Source of the DNA: Podarcis pityusensis
Taxonomy: Eukaryota
Assembly (NCBI GenBank): GCA_964106645.2
Contig: OZ067040.1
Reading direction: 5' to 3' (one strand)
DNA length: 64,000 nucleotides
The notes beneath the pieces are model-generated. The model was not told the DNA's origin and ran no database searches. It saw only the letters and a program-made list of their open reading frames with translations. Within the stretch, counting starts at the first letter, position 1. Every line of letters begins with the position of its first letter. Positions 24,826 to 38,255 of this stretch are shown here, piece by piece. The translations under genes were made by a program, and so were the position numbers.

Positions 24826-27800
24826 CTGATGTACAGTAGAACAAGCAAAGCACCATTACTTTCAAGCACGCTGACATCATGCACTTTCTTCCACTTGCTT
24901 ATTATAGAAATGAAGAAAAGGCATTAATATATGATGTTAGCTCAGTCATACAGAGTGGATATACATAGAAGGAAAAGATACAGCATACTGTCACTTTAAG
25001 GCTTTAAAATGGAAGGGATTACATGCTCCTATCAAATACATTTGTCTGATCAGACCGAATCTTCATCTAATCTAAACATATCAGTGAGCCATTAATGTCA
25101 ACGTTGGACATTTATAGTTACATTATCTCCCAGCTTACCTTCTTATGAACTTTGAGGAATGGGGGAGAGAGAATTTATGCTCTTGTTTTTGAGAAATGTA
25201 CTGAATAAGTATTTCTTCATTTTCTTATGGCATGGCATGGCTAATGACTTCAACGACAATCCTAAATATGCTTAATTGGAGGTTTAATTTAAATTAATGG
25301 ACATGAGGCAGATATGAAGCTAATGGAAGTGGATATAAGGTGTGGAGGTCAGTTTGGATAAGTGGGTTCCTGGAATGATGTCAGAGGTTTGAGGCCTCAT
25401 TGCTTATTTATTTACTTAAAAATTGTATATCACTATTCATAAAAACATCAGAACATCAGGGACTGTGGTTCTCTTTTTTCCACTGTTGTAAGCTGTTAAT
25501 TTGGAAAATGACAAATCATTTAATATTTAAACATATTTTCTTAATTGACTGCAGAAGCGCGGTAGCATGGAAAAGTTTTCAGGAGGTATTTCAAAAGTTA
25601 GAACAGAATATGCCTGAGGAACCTCTATTGGCAGAACTGGGATGACAACACAAAAAGTTTGGTTTCTTGCTGCTGTTAAACAGCAGGGTGGACATACACT
25701 AAGAACATCCCTAGACTGCCTCTTTTGTTCAACACCTAACGTAGGCCCTTATATGTGTGTTTTAGTTTTTTGAAACTCCCAGACTCTAAGCATAAGTAAA
25801 GTAAGATGATGCCTCTGCATCCAAAACTTTTTATACTGACAGTCATAAGAAATCTGGCTACTTTCCCCTGCATTTGAAACTTCAGAGGAACTGAATGCAG
25901 ATTATTTATTATATGACAACGATGAAGTTTTATAATATCTGAATGCCTTAGGTATTTTTAAAATCAACAAACAATTTGAACTGAAACAGTGTTTCAGGAA
26001 ACACTGCTGTATTTTGCAGTGAACTTATAATGATAGCAGTGTTGTGAACAGCCTTGGAACAGTGGGAGAAAAATTAAAATATTAAATAAAAACATGACTG
26101 AGTCTAGACAATGTTCTGACTTTCAGGTTAGCCAAAATTTAATGTCTGTTACCTCTGAAAACTATATTTAAATACAACATTATATTGGGGGGGGGGGGAG
26201 AGACAGAGACAGACTGATGCAGATGGAAACAGCTCCATCATACTGTGAACCCCTGACAGAGGTCTCACTGTCTCTTTTTAGTTGGTACCAAAGAGCCATG
26301 CCAAATGCCAGTAACATTTATTGAACATAAATTCTCTATATAGACTTCAGTTTCACAGAACTGCACCCTGGCTATATTTAGTCTTTAAAGTAATTTTGGC
26401 ATGTAAGCAGTATATGAATTAATTATAATAATAATAATCACCATGATAATAATCTATCATTGGGTGATACTGCACTTTTGCAATTGACTGAACCCACCTG
26501 GATGTCAACAAAATTAAAAGTTTATGTGGTGCATGCAAAACAAGAAAGCCTTATAGTTGACCATTTGCTGTATCATATCTGGACCCAGCAGCATTTCTAC
26601 AGGTTGAACAGCTTCAAACAAATTCACTTCTTTCAATGAATTAATAACCTGGCCATTTCTATTTGTTTAAAATTTATATCTTGCTTCTTCTGTCATTTGA
26701 GATGCTTTACAAATTAGTTAAAACATACAAGTGATTTTAAAATCTCATTTTATTTTCTCCTCCTTAACAAACTTAACATTCCTAATATTCTTCTCAAACC
26801 TATAAATCCTTAGGGCGGTAAATTTAGAAGTGTCTTTAGGAAAAGCTCTATTTCACTATACTTCTTTCTGGAAAAAAGGTAGGTATTTGAATTCTTCCGA
26901 ATTCTATTTTAAACATCTAGATAGCCAAGTTATTTCTCATTGAACAGTGCATTTGGTATTTGCTAGACATTGCTGTGCGCATCATATGTGACGTCCTAGG
27001 AGTCTTGGACCAGAACGCTTCCATTAGATTGTATGGCATAAGGAAAATGACTTTTAAAAATTATACAACAATGCACATGGACATTTCTAGATTACAGGAA
27101 CAAAGACTAGAAGAGAAATGTTCCATCCCTAGTTGCCAAATGAAAAGAACTGGTTTTCCCTGAATAATCATATTTGGGTTTAACGATACAATGTGCTTGT
27201 TAAGTGAAACCTTTGAAACTCTAATAGTAGATGAGGTTAGTGCGGAGAACTGGGAGTTATAAAATTAAGAGTTTCAGACCAATGGCCTGCTATTAGGCAT
27301 GCCAGGGGGTTAATTATTTAATTATTATGCTGAACTGCAGCCCTCCTATGTCACATTGGAAAATCTACTGAAGCTCCTCTGAGTAGCTCACCATGTAGCT
27401 TAGAACCTGAGAGATAAGAACTAGGCCTTGTAGGGAAAAGGATCAAAAAGCCCCATCATGCACATGGAAATAGTGGCAAAGTTGTCTATTTTGTACCAAA
27501 ATCTGTATCCGTGAAGGCACAAAGTCAACTTGCACAGAAATATTTTTTTTAAGTCAGCATATTTATAGGTATTATTCTTTACCAACCGGTAATTAGTTGG
27601 TAAGGAAGTAATATTGTTTCACGTAGTAAGGATACTTTTTACCGCTCTTCTGCTTCACCAGAGTTCTGACTCAGCTTGCATATGTGATAAAAAAGTTATC
27701 CTCACCATTTAGCAGGTTGCTACAGGTAAGTAGTTTACCAAGTTTCTGCGTACATACTTTGAGAAGTTACCACTTGGCAAACAACTGTCTGTATTCATCC

Positions 27801-30204
27801 AAAATCAAATAAAACCTGTTAGGAAACTTGTGTGCAAAAACTGGTTGAAAGTTTTCGTTTTTAAAAATAAACCTGTATTTAATTTTTGCGGTGTGTTTTT
27901 TTTAAAAAAACAACCTTTTCAGTAGCCTTCTCTGGCCACAATTCAATTTATGCAACTTGCCTAAATTTATCTTGTTCATCAAGGAACAGCCCAATGAAGT
28001 CAATGGTACGTAAGTCTGTGTTTCAGTAATTTGCAGAATGAAGCCCTTTATCTTTTATTTATGACTTTGATGCGCACCAGCTCCTATTATCTTCCTTTGT
28101 ATCTGGGTAAGACCCACACCCGACGACGCCACCTGTTCCTGGATTAACAATTAGAGCATGGTGTTCAATAGATTGGCAGCATATGCTTTTTAAAGACTAA
28201 AACTTTGAGTCTATCCCTTCCAGTGCAAGCTCAGCTCCTGATGACCCAAGAAACTAATTCCACTCCCAAACATGGATAGCCAGTCAGCAGCTTTTCAGAT
28301 TAATGCAATGCCCCAGCACCTTCAGGTTACTCGCCAGATTTACAGTACTACAATCTGTCCGACTGAAAGAGCGCTGCCCAATGAAACCAAAGCAGGTCTC
28401 ATCTGTTGTGCAGCCAAGTGAAAGGTTGTGGGCTGTGTTCATTATTAATTAATCTTTTTAAAAAGGCGCTTGATTTATTAAAAAGCACATCTAGGGTTAA
28501 TATTTTATTTCAGACACATCAATATTTTATTGTGGTGAATAGCCCAATCTACTACTGCTGGTTTAGACAGCCAAAAATATTACCTTGCCATTTCAAAAAA
28601 ATGAGAGGGGAGAATACATGATTTCTAGTGCTTACATCAATTTAAAGATATGGTTAGAACTAAAATGTATTTCCCCCCTTTTTCTCTCCCAACAAAGTAC
28701 ATATCAAAGAGGATATTTCACTGCAAATCTTGTCTTACAGATATTCATTCAAAAGGAAGTCACACTGTGTTCAATTGAGCTCACAATGCAACCTCAGTTT
28801 CTAAAGTGTAAAGCAATATGGCTCAGCTTCAGTATAGCCATTGAATTGCCCACCTTTAACCCATCTCATGACCAACCTTTTGTTTTTACATACTTTGAGA
28901 GTTAAACAAGATTAAACTGCATACTTTTCTAAATATACTACGCTCTTATGATTAAGCATACTGATTATTTCTCTGTCTTTCAACATCTATGCAATTGAAA
29001 GGCAGCAACTTGGACTGGGAGGAACCCCAGTTTATTCATTTGTGTAATGAATTAAATGCGCAAAACCATTTCTCTTTTAAGTTGTGGCATTCAATAATAT
29101 CTTTTCATTTTGCATTTCTAATTACTTTCACGAGCTTCTTATTTATCCCAGACAACCGTTTTATACTGAAAATCTTGCTAAAATAAGATGGATGCCAGCG
29201 CTAAGTGGTTATTAGCAATCACATAGGCGTGCCCAAGTTAAGTGATTGTTAATGAAATAAAGTCAGCTGCCTTAACAATGTAATCAAAAATATCTAATTG
29301 AAAGCCTAAAGCACAATGGAAGTCTATGCAGCTTAACTGAAGTTAACTTCTTGTGCCTCAGACCAGCTGGAATGTGGCAATGCGGTTGTAATTTAGTAAT
29401 TGTGCCATGGCCCTTGGGGTCCTTTTTGCACTAGTGAAGAACAACCATGCTGCAGGAGAAAGACAAATCTTCTTTGTTAATGGAACAGGAGTACAGTTCT
29501 GCATTTCACTTTCCTCCTCCAGTGGATAACTGAAGTACAGTCATTGTACAAAAGAGGCGGATATTCACATACTGTAAGTGGATCCTATCTAAGGCTTTCT
29601 GAAACCTTTTAAGCTTAGTACAGCAGCAAACCATTTCTAATATGAACATTTCATCTTTGAAGCTAACACAGCACATTTCGTTGTGACCGAGAAAGAGGTT
29701 AACATAGGTTTCATCTCAAAGGTCCTGAAGAATATTCCATACAACAATTTTTTTTTGCCACAGATGAGCATGTGAATCTGCTGGCTTGGGCAAGTTTCTC
29801 AATATTATTCATAGTTTGAAAAGCAGAGAGATCCTAAAATCGTAAGAGAAAGTTATTGTAGAAAACATATTGGGTTTTGTGCTCTTTTGAAATCTCAGTA
29901 TATATTTGACCATGCCACAATAATCCTTTTGTTGGGGATCCACTAAGCTTAAGATCTAAGGCTGAATGTGTGCTCTTACCGATATTCTTCATAATTCCTG
30001 CAAAGAACCCTGCTCTTGAAAAGTGGGGTAGTAATTTAACCAGTACTTTCAATCTAATCAGCCTCTCATTTTAAGTTTCATCAGTATTTCAAATAAATTT
30101 TGAACAACGGTTTGCAAAACGTATTTTCAGACAAAATAAAAACCAATAACGAACTGAGATCCCTTGCTCTTTCTCACCACACAGAAACAAAATTAAAAGC
30201 CTAC

Positions 30205-30397
30205 CAGTTACGTTAATGGGTATAACATCAGTTTGGACTGCTTGAGCCTGCTGTCGCATTTTCTCCTCCGGGGTTGGCAATGGAAGTGATTTGGTCCAAT
30301 TTGTTTGAGTGTTGATATCAGAGAATTCATTTGAAACTGGTGTTTTGGGTCTCTTGATGCTAATAAGCTTCTCCTCCTCAGGAGAAGGGGTCGAACA
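30205..30397 (-). CDS. NHSL1: NHSL1 exon 4 (CSTPSPEEEKLISIKRPKTP...LPLPTPEEKMRQQAQAVQTDVIPINVT)
   Basis: Acceptor ttttttttaatag|, donor CTG|GTAGGC, 193 nt. Contains the NHS-family LPLPTPEEKMRQQAQ motif. Confidence 0.95.
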
Positions 30398-31767
30398 CTA
30401 TTAAAAAAAAGTACACTGTAAATTCAGTGCAAATATATTTATCTTACTTCTTTATCTTTCAAATATAAATTAAAGCATTCAAAATAGTTGTGATGCTTTT
30501 GCCTTGGCTACATCTAGCAAAATATGAATTAGACCTTGTTCTAATTTGTACATGAGGAAAGGTTTGTACATCCTCTTTAGCAGTAATTACAAATACTGAA
30601 CCGATTTCATCCAACATCCAATAAGGTTTTTTTTAAAAATCCATAAACGTATAACCCAATTAAGCACATGTTAAGGAATTGAATTCAATGTGACAAGCAA
30701 TCCTATGCACACTTACCTGGGAGTAAGTACTACTGAATACAGAATACTTATGAGTAAACATGCATAAAATCTAATTATTAAACTTGTACATAACTCTTTT
30801 TCTCATTGGAAAAAAAGGGACATTATGCAGAACCATATACTAAATTTACGTATAAAACATAGGAAGTAATACTGGTCTGTTAATGGTATACCAAGAACTC
30901 TACTATTTTCAGTAGGAATTTTAACAGTGCTATAAAATACAGTGCTTCTAGTTGTCCAAACACTTTAAAAATATGCTCTAGGGCTACTTTGATGGGATTT
31001 TTAAAAATCCCAAATATGAAAGAACGGATTTACAAATCTTGTAAAACATTTACAACTGAAATGTCAGAAGAGCTTCTTCAATGCAATGACCAAATCTGAG
31101 GGAAAATGGCCCCTCTTTTGGTATCCCTGACCTTAGTATTAGGATAAGAAACCTTCTGTGCCATCTTCTTCCTTTGTACAAAGGGGAAATTTGCAAGTGT
31201 GACTCCACCAAATCAGTTTTTAAAAGGTCTGAGTCACAGAGATAGAAATGCAAACCAAAATGGTGGTTCATTAGTGTGTGGCTTTTGTTTATCTTACTAT
31301 TACACATGGAAAAAGGCTTACTCTAGGCTCAGGTGCCAAGGGAGTAATACTTCAAGCATGGTGCTGTGTGATAAGCCCCAGTAACCTACTTTTTATCTGG
31401 TTGGTTGACACTGTCAAAATGAATAACTGTCATGTTATGTTGACCCAGTGTATTGTATTTGGAAACCCAGCTGCCATTAGCCAGTCACCAGGGGCTCTTC
31501 GAACATGACAAGAGGCAGAGACATAAATGTATACATATAGTACACATTTATGTTATATAAACTTTCCTTCTTTTTCAAGGAAACTGCAAATAAAGCACAT
31601 TTTAAAAGCAATTGTGAGGCATGAGGCAAAACAAATCACACACATAGGCAGACAGGGAAATTTATATCTGAATCCTTTTTATACAAAACAAACAAAATTC
31701 ACAATTTCGACACATGGGAAAATAAATCAGCTGATCCAATGGCCAATAAATAATAGACCATTTAAAT

Positions 31768-31903
31768 CAGGCATAGGCAAACTAGGCCCTCCAGACGTTT
31801 TGGGACTTCAACTCCCATCATCCCTAGCTAGCAGGACCAGTGGTCTGGGATGATGGAAGTTGTAGTCCCAAAACATCTGGAGGGCCGGGTTCGCCTATGC
31901 CTG
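31768..31903. mobile_element. 136-bp palindromic hAT-type MITE, copy 1
   Basis: TIR caggcataggc; the whole element is nearly palindromic. Perfect 8-bp TSD atttaaat. Confidence 0.9.
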
Positions 31904-32014
31904 ATTTAAATAGTCAGATCAGCTACTCTAACAAAACACTGTCCAAATGTTGGTCAAGTTTTAGTGCATACAAACATTTTGATACAACCCAAGCAGCAAT
32001 TGTTTCCTTCTCTT

Positions 32015-32146
32015 GTGCACAGCTGGATGCTCTCCAGATGTTTTGGTCTAGAACTCCCATCAGCCCCAACCAAATGGCTGTGCTGACTGAGGCTGATGAG
32101 AGTTGTAGACCAAAACATCTGAAGGACACCAGGTTGGCAAAGCCTG
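32015..32146. mobile_element. Older related palindromic hAT-type MITE
   Basis: tccagatgttttgg..aactcccatcagcc / ggctgatgagagttgtagaccaaaacatctg inverted arms. Confidence 0.6.
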
Positions 32147-32419
32147 CTTTAATGCATTAAAAAATCCTCCAGGTCCTGGGATTGCTTGGTGGGGGGAAAC
32201 TACTCACACCTGGCCCTGTTCTCAGCCCTGATGGAAAACAACCTTTTAAAAGTATCTCAGCCAAGGGTGAAATTAATTACAGAATCATAAAATTGTAGAT
32301 GTTTATGGTTGGAGCAGCTGAGCTAGGGCTTTGACACTATCTACCAGTCAACATCCTGAAAACATCGGCTCTGGAATTTCTAAGACCTATGCATTTCTGA
32401 AAGGTGTGCATGTGCAATA

Positions 32420-32661
32420 TACTTGTACCTTGGTTCTCAAACATAATCCGTTCCGGAAGTCCATTCAACTTCCAAAAGTGTTTGAAAACCAAGGTGTAGC
32501 TTCCGATTGGCTGCGGGAGCTTTCAGCACTCAAGAGGAAGCCGCGTCGGATGTTCGACTTCCAAAAAATGTTCAAAAACCGGAACACTTACTTCCGGGTT
32601 TTTGGCGTTCAGGAGCCAAAACGTACAAGTACCAAGGCGCTTGAGAACCAAGGTATGGCTG
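32420..32661. mobile_element. Tc1/mariner-type MITE, related subfamily
   Basis: TIRs taccttggttctcaa / ttgagaaccaaggta, ending ..gctg|TA. CpG-rich interior. Confidence 0.75.
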
Positions 32662-34506
32662 TACTAACTTCTTGCAATGGATGCATCCCACGATGCGCCC
32701 CCCCCCCAGCCACAGTCCCTACTTTTGCCCCAGAGAGTTCCTGTGTTCTCGCTGTATTCCCCAACAAACAGCTGGGAATGAAGAATCCGCTCTTTGAATA
32801 TTGTTATAGGTCTTTGGGTATCGGAGTTTTTGGGTGCTTGGATTTATATCAAAATAGCCAGGTGAGCCTGTGAATGGCCTAGTCATTAAGAACCAAAAAC
32901 AGAATGATGACTCATCAAGAAAGTCATGGAGAGGGGTGAACCCCCCACTCTGAACTCTGGGTAGTTAGCAAAAGACAATGCCAGAGTGGTGAGGAGGAAG
33001 TTTCACAACTGCAGTGGGCGGTGATGTAAGCTGAAGGGAAAATTGCTGCATTTAGAAAGCAGTTTGAAAGCTGGAAAGTGTGGGTCAGAGCAGAATGGGG
33101 TGGGCAGTTTGAATCCAACGTTACACCCATGGGAGGAACAGGACCCACTTTGGAGTGTAATCCTGGGAGTCCCTCCATTGTAGGTTCAGGCTGTAAATGA
33201 ACCATATATCATAAAGACACCACAGTCTCTGCTGTAACCCCTGGAATCTTGCACTGCTGTGAAGACTGGGGTGGTGTGTAACAATATGTTCTTAAATGAC
33301 TATTTCAAAGGCAGGCACAAGTCCCAAAGGAAATAACAACTCTTCAGAATAAGCAGCAACCTGAATTCATTGCTCCAACAAAGCCTATAATAAAGAAACC
33401 AAATAGTATGCAGATTTGTGGTGGTTTAAAACTCAGTCCACAGATTAGTGTTAGAAGGAAAGGAATGAGAATGAATAGGAAGCGAAATTAATATTATTCT
33501 TATGTATTACAAAGAGTAGCACAGTTTGGTTTTCATGCTTAGTTGTATTACTAAATATTATTTTCCCCAGTGTTATACTGAGATGGTTGGATTGCTCAAT
33601 AAATATAATAGCAGTTATTCAAAGTTTCAGGTTTCATTTCAGTAAACTGATCTTTTAAGATTGTCACCTGAGATTTCTGGTTTTCTACATGATCTCTGAA
33701 CAGAACACAGTGGAACAAAAACATTATTTGTTTTCAGTAGAGGAAAGCATATAGTAAGGATTGGAAAAGGAATGTTCAGAAATGAGATTAGTGGCATTTT
33801 GGTTGCTGAAGCCAGTAAACAGGGATTATCATCCACTTCCCACTCATCAAATGATAAATCTCATTATCAGAATGGGGAAAACTTGCATCCCCATCTAGAC
33901 CCTGGATGCCATTCATCCAAATGCTGTGTTTACTTTTCAAAAAAGTTTACATTTGCAACCATTGCAAAAGTTGATGGAGTCTTGAGGGGCAGACAAAAAT
34001 GGAGGGGGGGCTGGATTAGGCTCTTGATCTGGAAAGTAGCCACCCCGTGTCATAAAACGTGTGAGTTAAGAGGAACCTAACAGACACTCACATTCACTCT
34101 CGGATTCAATGCGAAGTTGTTTTGTTTTCCATTTCATATATATATCAATATATAGTTTGTTTGATTTGGAATAAATTATTGTAAAACAGCACAACAATCC
34201 AAATTACAAGAACATTTAAACAGTTTGTAAAGTTAGTAACTATTCACAGAGAACAGAAAACATTAACAAAGTATGAGCAGCAAAAAAGGAGTTAGTCCAT
34301 TAAATATACAAACTGAGGGTTCTAGATTGACAACTACTGAGATAAGGATAGAAGCACACAATGTTAGTGCAAGATTTATCTTGAAAAAGTGAAACCAACA
34401 ATAGGTGAAAATTTAAAAATAGGATTTGAGAATATTCTAGCATCACAATAACATCAAGCTGTATATATACATAACAGCTGGATGATCCCATTTTGGAGCC
34501 AGATAC

Positions 34507-34578
34507 CTTGATCTTCCATGGAATCAAACAACAGCAGGCACTAAGGCAAGACTGAGGGAGGCAGTCTAACAGACTAGA
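34507..34578 (-). CDS. NHSL1: Candidate NHSL1 cassette exon (SSLLDCLPQSCLSACCCLIPWKIK)
   Basis: Long pyrimidine tract plus caacag acceptor, AAG|GTATCT donor, 72 nt, phase 0/0, no stop. Fits between exons 3 and 4. Confidence 0.65.
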
Positions 34579-37012
34579 CTGTTGAATGAGAGAAAAAAGA
34601 AAGTGAATGAGTGGCAAAGAAAAGAGAATGAAAAACACACACACATGAAAAGACACAACAGACACAGTAAACATAGCAACAAGATAAACATAATTTCAGA
34701 AAGCAGAGAGGAGTTGCTATCCGAAGACATCAATTTTCCATGCAAGGAAAACATGCTTAAGTGATGAAGAGAGAGAGAGAAAATATCATACTAGTTTGAC
34801 GTGTTTTAATCAAAGGGTTTTTTAATAATAATAATAAAACAAAAACAAAAACCAGCCAATTCAGTGGACTCACAATAGGGAAATATGCTTCAGTACAGGA
34901 TGTCAGAAATGCTGCCTTGAATTAGGGCCATTTATCACATTAAAAAGATGGCTCCACCCCAAACTGTCCCCACAGAAGTATCTGTGGGCAGCATGAACCA
35001 AATTACAGGAATATGCATGAAGTCAGTCATATTAACCATCTGATTTGATTTCCAGAAAATTTCTAGGGTCCCAAGTAGATGTACTTCATACCATCTGCAT
35101 CCTGATCTGGAGTTGCAAAGGGACTGCACATTAGACTTTTACATCAAATGCTCATTTCTCCCTTCCTTTGAAGTTCTGGGGCAACAAGAACCCTGAAAGA
35201 CCCCCTTCTGGGACCATCTCAGGAAGGAGCCACAGAGAAGGAAGGAACCTCCCTTCTCCCACTCTTGAGGCTAACACTTCTCCTAAATATATTACTGCTG
35301 TTTTTTGAACAAATATTCTCAGATACCAAGTTACTTCTCTGCAAAACCTCCCTCAGCTTCAGGCTTCCCACCTTCTCCACAATATTAGTTCTAGAGGGAC
35401 CATAACAACAGCCTCACCCAACAGTACATCTCACTGTGTCTTTCACTGAGGACTGATATCCACCAGTACATACCATATCAAAATAAAGAAAAGTGGAATA
35501 TCACTCTAATTTTTATGGGAAGGCAGTTTTCAAGGAAAATGCCATTTTGCTTATAATATTAGGTAGTATTTCACTATAAATTAGCCCTCAGCAGTTCTAT
35601 AAACTCCTCATAATGCCACTTATTGAGTCAATTTTAATATTTCACTGATTGTGCAAATAACACATATATAATAATTTCTCCTACACAGGAACAGAATTGC
35701 AGGACTGTTAAGAAATACTGACTCGCTGAGGACATTGCACTATATTTTCTGTTATAAATACCAAAAAAATCATAGTCCAAAAACTAGCTAAGATAATTTT
35801 TTTGGATTTAAACCAACGTAGCTCTAAATACATTTACTTGAAAGAAATAATACCATCTCAAGATCTTCATGCATGAATCCCATCCTCTCAAGGTGGGATA
35901 TTGAAGTGCACACACTCATGGTTGAAGACCAACAGGGAAGGAGTGGAGTGAGGAGGCTATCGGAAAATGCATCACATCTGTGTTTGTTAATTTTTTAAGT
36001 ATCATTATGCAGCCTTTAACTTCAAGATTAAATGAGCTAGAAGGGTGCAAACAACAACAACTTCCCATCCAAACAGTGCTGTCTTTACTGTTCAAGGATT
36101 TCAGTATCTTTGCAATAACCCTTTAAGGTAGGTAAGTATTATTATATATTGTACACACATGTATGAGAACACGGCCAGTGGTTGAGTGGTTGAGCACATA
36201 CATATGCTATGAGTTCATAGCTGATCCTGAGAAAGGAAAGAAGATGGTGGATAAGGAGTTGATAGCTGTGAAACACAGTGCACATAACAGATTCCTGCAC
36301 AAGGGGCAAGTATTACTCAAGTGGATACTATACAGAAATCACAATGAAGAAACAAATGCACAATTAGAACAGAGGGAAGGATTCAGCTAATGAGTTCTGT
36401 CAGGGGAAGCTCACACAAGAACTTTTGCCTGCACACTCTGGTTTTCCTCCCTCTCAGGTCCCTGAAATTGGTGCAGGGGCAGGAGAACCCCCAGAATAAG
36501 GCATGGGGAAAGGAGAGAGAGTGGGGAACGCTCCATCTGGCAAGCTGCAATGCTTGCACCGACAAAACATCTGACATAGTGCAACGTTTATTTCCTTCCA
36601 GAGAACCTAATTGCACTAAGTCCACTTTGAACACATCAAGCTTGCTTGGATTACCTGAAATAAAATGTAAGGTGAACTCTGAACACTTTAAAAAAAAACA
36701 AAAAACCCAAAGCTAGTGTTCACAAAGTGATAATGGCTTTATTTTCTATTTGCTCATGAAAGCAGCAAACACTAATATAACCGGTTTCAAAATCTGTACT
36801 TCTGCCTGCCAGAGATGTTTGCATTGCAATTTTCTTCTTTGAGTTGAACCACACTATAGGTGGTGTTTTTAAAAACAGCATAGCTTTAAAGGCCCATATT
36901 TTCTAAATATTTTGCACAGTTCTATTTTCCACTTCTATAGTTTTATGTTGATTTAATTTTGGCTTATATGTGCATTATACTACATTATTTCCTAGCGTGC
37001 TTGGTACCTCAC

Positions 37013-37140
37013 CTTTTGTTCAATTTCTTCATAGTCATCGTGGTGACTTCCGCAGATTGCACTGGAAGAAGATGAGAAAGTTGGGCCCTGAGAATAGTAT
37101 TGAGAACTTCGATAGCCATCCCTTCGCAGCTTGTCACATT
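37013..37140 (-). CDS. NHSL1: NHSL1 exon 3 (ECDKLRRDGYRSSQYYSQGPTF...EEIEQK)
   Basis: Acceptor gatgtatag|, donor AAG|GTGAGG, 128 nt, phase 1 to 0. Confidence 0.93.
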
Positions 37141-37418
37141 CTATACATCATGGAAAGGAAAAAAAATAAAAAATAAACATTAGTGTTTTGGTTGCTAGAT
37201 ACCAAGGTAGGCAGCTTGCAGGCAACATGTGGTACCCAAACTCAATTCATGCAACCCCTAAAACCTCCTATGGCTGCACTATTCCTGGCCTTTTAAAGTA
37301 TTTTCTCCTCCTTTCAAAGGAGCAATATTATATTCAAATTTTAAAACTTTCTTTCTGATTGTATGGTTTGGGGAAAGAAGTTCCATTCCCAACTCCCACT
37401 GTCTCAAAACAAACTCAC

Positions 37419-37507
37419 TGGATGCTAGCTCATGGCAGAAGCCTAAGTCAGAAAGGAATTAGGCTTCTGCCATGAGCTAGCATCCATCTAAGTCAGAAAG
37501 GAATTAG
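37419..37507. repeat. Perfect 28-bp inverted repeat plus a 20-bp direct repeat
   Basis: Arms at 37419-37446 and 37459-37486. ctaagtcagaaaggaattag occurs at 37443-37462 and 37488-37507. Confidence 0.95.
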
Positions 37508-37721
37508 ATTTGCCTGCTTTCCAGAACAGTAGTTGTATTCATCTGTTCCCTGCATCTGTATGCTTATTTGAGATTAACCCATTCAAACCCAGTGAGCTTC
37601 CTTCTGAGTAAATCTGCATAGGAGTTGGCATTCTAATTTGAGGTAGCCGTGATGAAAACTGAAGCAGGGTATTCTATATCCTGCTTTCCACTTTCAACTT
37701 TAGTACATGCATCTTCAGAAA

Positions 37722-37891
37722 GGGTCATAGCTCAAGTTCCCAAATTCATAGGTCCTAAATTCAATTCATGGTACATATCTCCAGGTAGAGCTAGGAATAT
37801 CCCTAATCTGAAACCTTGGTGAACCATTGCCATTCAGTAAACACTGAGCTACATGGTCTGACTCCATGAAAGGCAGTTCCTTATGTTCCTA
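37722..37891 (+). mobile_element. Degraded tRNA-derived SINE, same family as 13679-13865
   Basis: gggtcatagctca head, ctccaggtagagct..ctgaaacct body, ggcagttccttatgttccta tail. Confidence 0.6.
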
Positions 37892-38255
37892 TCTTCAGCT
37901 CTGTCTCCACCTATCATATAGGTATGATATGGCCAACTGCCCCTCCCTGGTGGAAAATGGGCCTCAACAAACCAACATATGCAGACTAAAGCAAAAGGGT
38001 GAAATTGTGCCAGTGTCAAATTTATTCATTTGTATACAACTTCATCCACCCACCAATGTTTGGGACACATTCAGCTAAAAAGGTGACAAAGTTCCCAAGA
38101 GAACTGGCACAAAGTGGTGTGAGACCAAAACACACAACCAGCTACCACAGCCTTATATTCTTTGCCAAAAGGAAAAAGAAAAAATGTGACCGTAATTCTG
38201 CTTCAAGAATAGAAAAGGACTTTTGTCCAAAGTAAATCCCATAAATCAACTAATG

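Noticed and set aside
27570-27613. Imperfect ~17-bp hairpin (tattattctttaccaac / gttggtaaggaagtaata)
   Set aside because: Short, mismatched and AT-rich. It could be chance or an old repeat remnant and cannot be supported as functional.
32331-32873. 180-aa + strand ORF
   Set aside because: Runs through a MITE and flanking intron, with no transposase or other recognisable motif.
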